Shown here: positions 41,989-42,163 of the stretch, piece by piece | Position numbering within the stretch: position 1 is the stretch's first letter | How the letters are laid out: each line of letters begins with the position of its first letter | From: a virus | Lineage: Duplodnaviria; Caudoviricetes | Reading direction: 5' to 3' (one strand) | Length of the DNA stretch: 42,163 nt | Virus record (IMG/VR): IMGVR_UViG_3300010362_000042 | Coordinates: 1-42,163 of that record | The notes under the pieces: generated by a model | The model's database searches: none | What the model saw: the letters and a program-made list of their open reading frames with translations, nothing else | What the model was told of the DNA's origin: nothing | Translations under genes and position numbers: made by a program

Positions 41989-42163
41989 TGAGGTCTGGCT
42001 CCTTTGCGTAGCGTTCCTCTACCTGTTCGAAGTTCTTCTCTAGCAGAGCTGTAATGTCTCTTCCCGTAAATTCAGCCACGCATGGGTCGTGGTAGTCGCA
42101 GTTGAAGGGACAGTTGTATACGTAGGTCCTCGGTATATCCTCCGTCTGCCGTCGGAGAATGTC
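41981..42163 (-). CDS. PD-(D/E)XK RecB/Cas4-like exonuclease, 3' end only
   Basis: ...YNCPFNCDYHDPCVAEF... C-terminal Cys cluster, directly upstream of the AAA/SSB/VRR-NUC block. Confidence 0.65.
   Translation of the reverse strand, partial: DILRRQTEDIPRTYVYNCPFNCDYHDPCVAEFTGRDITALLEKNFEQVEERYAKEPDLSE

Larger units (their letters stand above)
1..42163. mobile_element. Tailed dsDNA bacteriophage genome (partial), podovirus-like, probably virulent
   Basis: Terminase, portal, scaffold, capsid, adaptor, nozzle, fibres, ejection proteins, lysins and phage replication genes; no host genes or integrase seen. Confidence 0.97.

Noticed and set aside
1-42163. Circular closure of the window ends
   Set aside because: The left end is in a membrane-protein gene and the right end in an exonuclease gene, with no shared terminal sequence; intervening genes, probably including a DNA polymerase, are missing
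1-42163. Stop-codon reassignment or a diversity-generating retroelement
   Set aside because: Core genes are intact in the standard code with all three stops used; no reverse transcriptase or TR/VR pair was seen

Overview
The whole window is part of a tailed dsDNA phage genome with podovirus-type architecture (P22/T7-like portal, adaptor, nozzle, fibres and ejection proteins; no tape measure, tube or sheath). The host is probably a GC-rich Gram-positive bacterium, likely Actinomycetota; this is inferred from the SigA-type promoters, AGGAGG SD sites, apparently leaderless genes, CHAP/M15/SLT lysins and absence of recognisable spanins. Both window ends cut genes and no DNA polymerase, integrase or tRNA is visible, so the genome is incomplete here. 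Layout: (1) 1-5 kb and 40.2-42.2 kb, leftward replication/recombination genes (MazG, DUF6378, two HNH, SNF2 helicase; VRR-NUC, SSB, AAA ATPase, exonuclease); (2) 5.1-8.6 kb, rightward RepB-type primase-helicase operon followed by a candidate origin hairpin; (3) 8.4-15.8 kb, leftward early region of small genes with repeated promoters; (4) 15.8-17.1 kb, terS plus a repeat-rich candidate genome-end region; (5) 17.1-40 kb, rightward virion and lysis operon. Most notable signals: four early promoters carry 11-bp-phased TT(A/T)ACA-like direct repeats (PhoP/WalR-type boxes) at a fixed distance from the -35; up to four genes appear to start at near-cognate codons (ATC, ACG) behind good SD sites, including an HNH-like gene and a holin-like gene missing from the ORF track; a stand-alone copy of the primase-helicase winged helix sits next to a GCGAAGC-capped hairpin; there are three paralogous HTH proteins, a HicA-like/HTH fusion, and a GNAT-like insert in the largest ejection protein. 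All function calls come from motif recognition by eye, without database searches.
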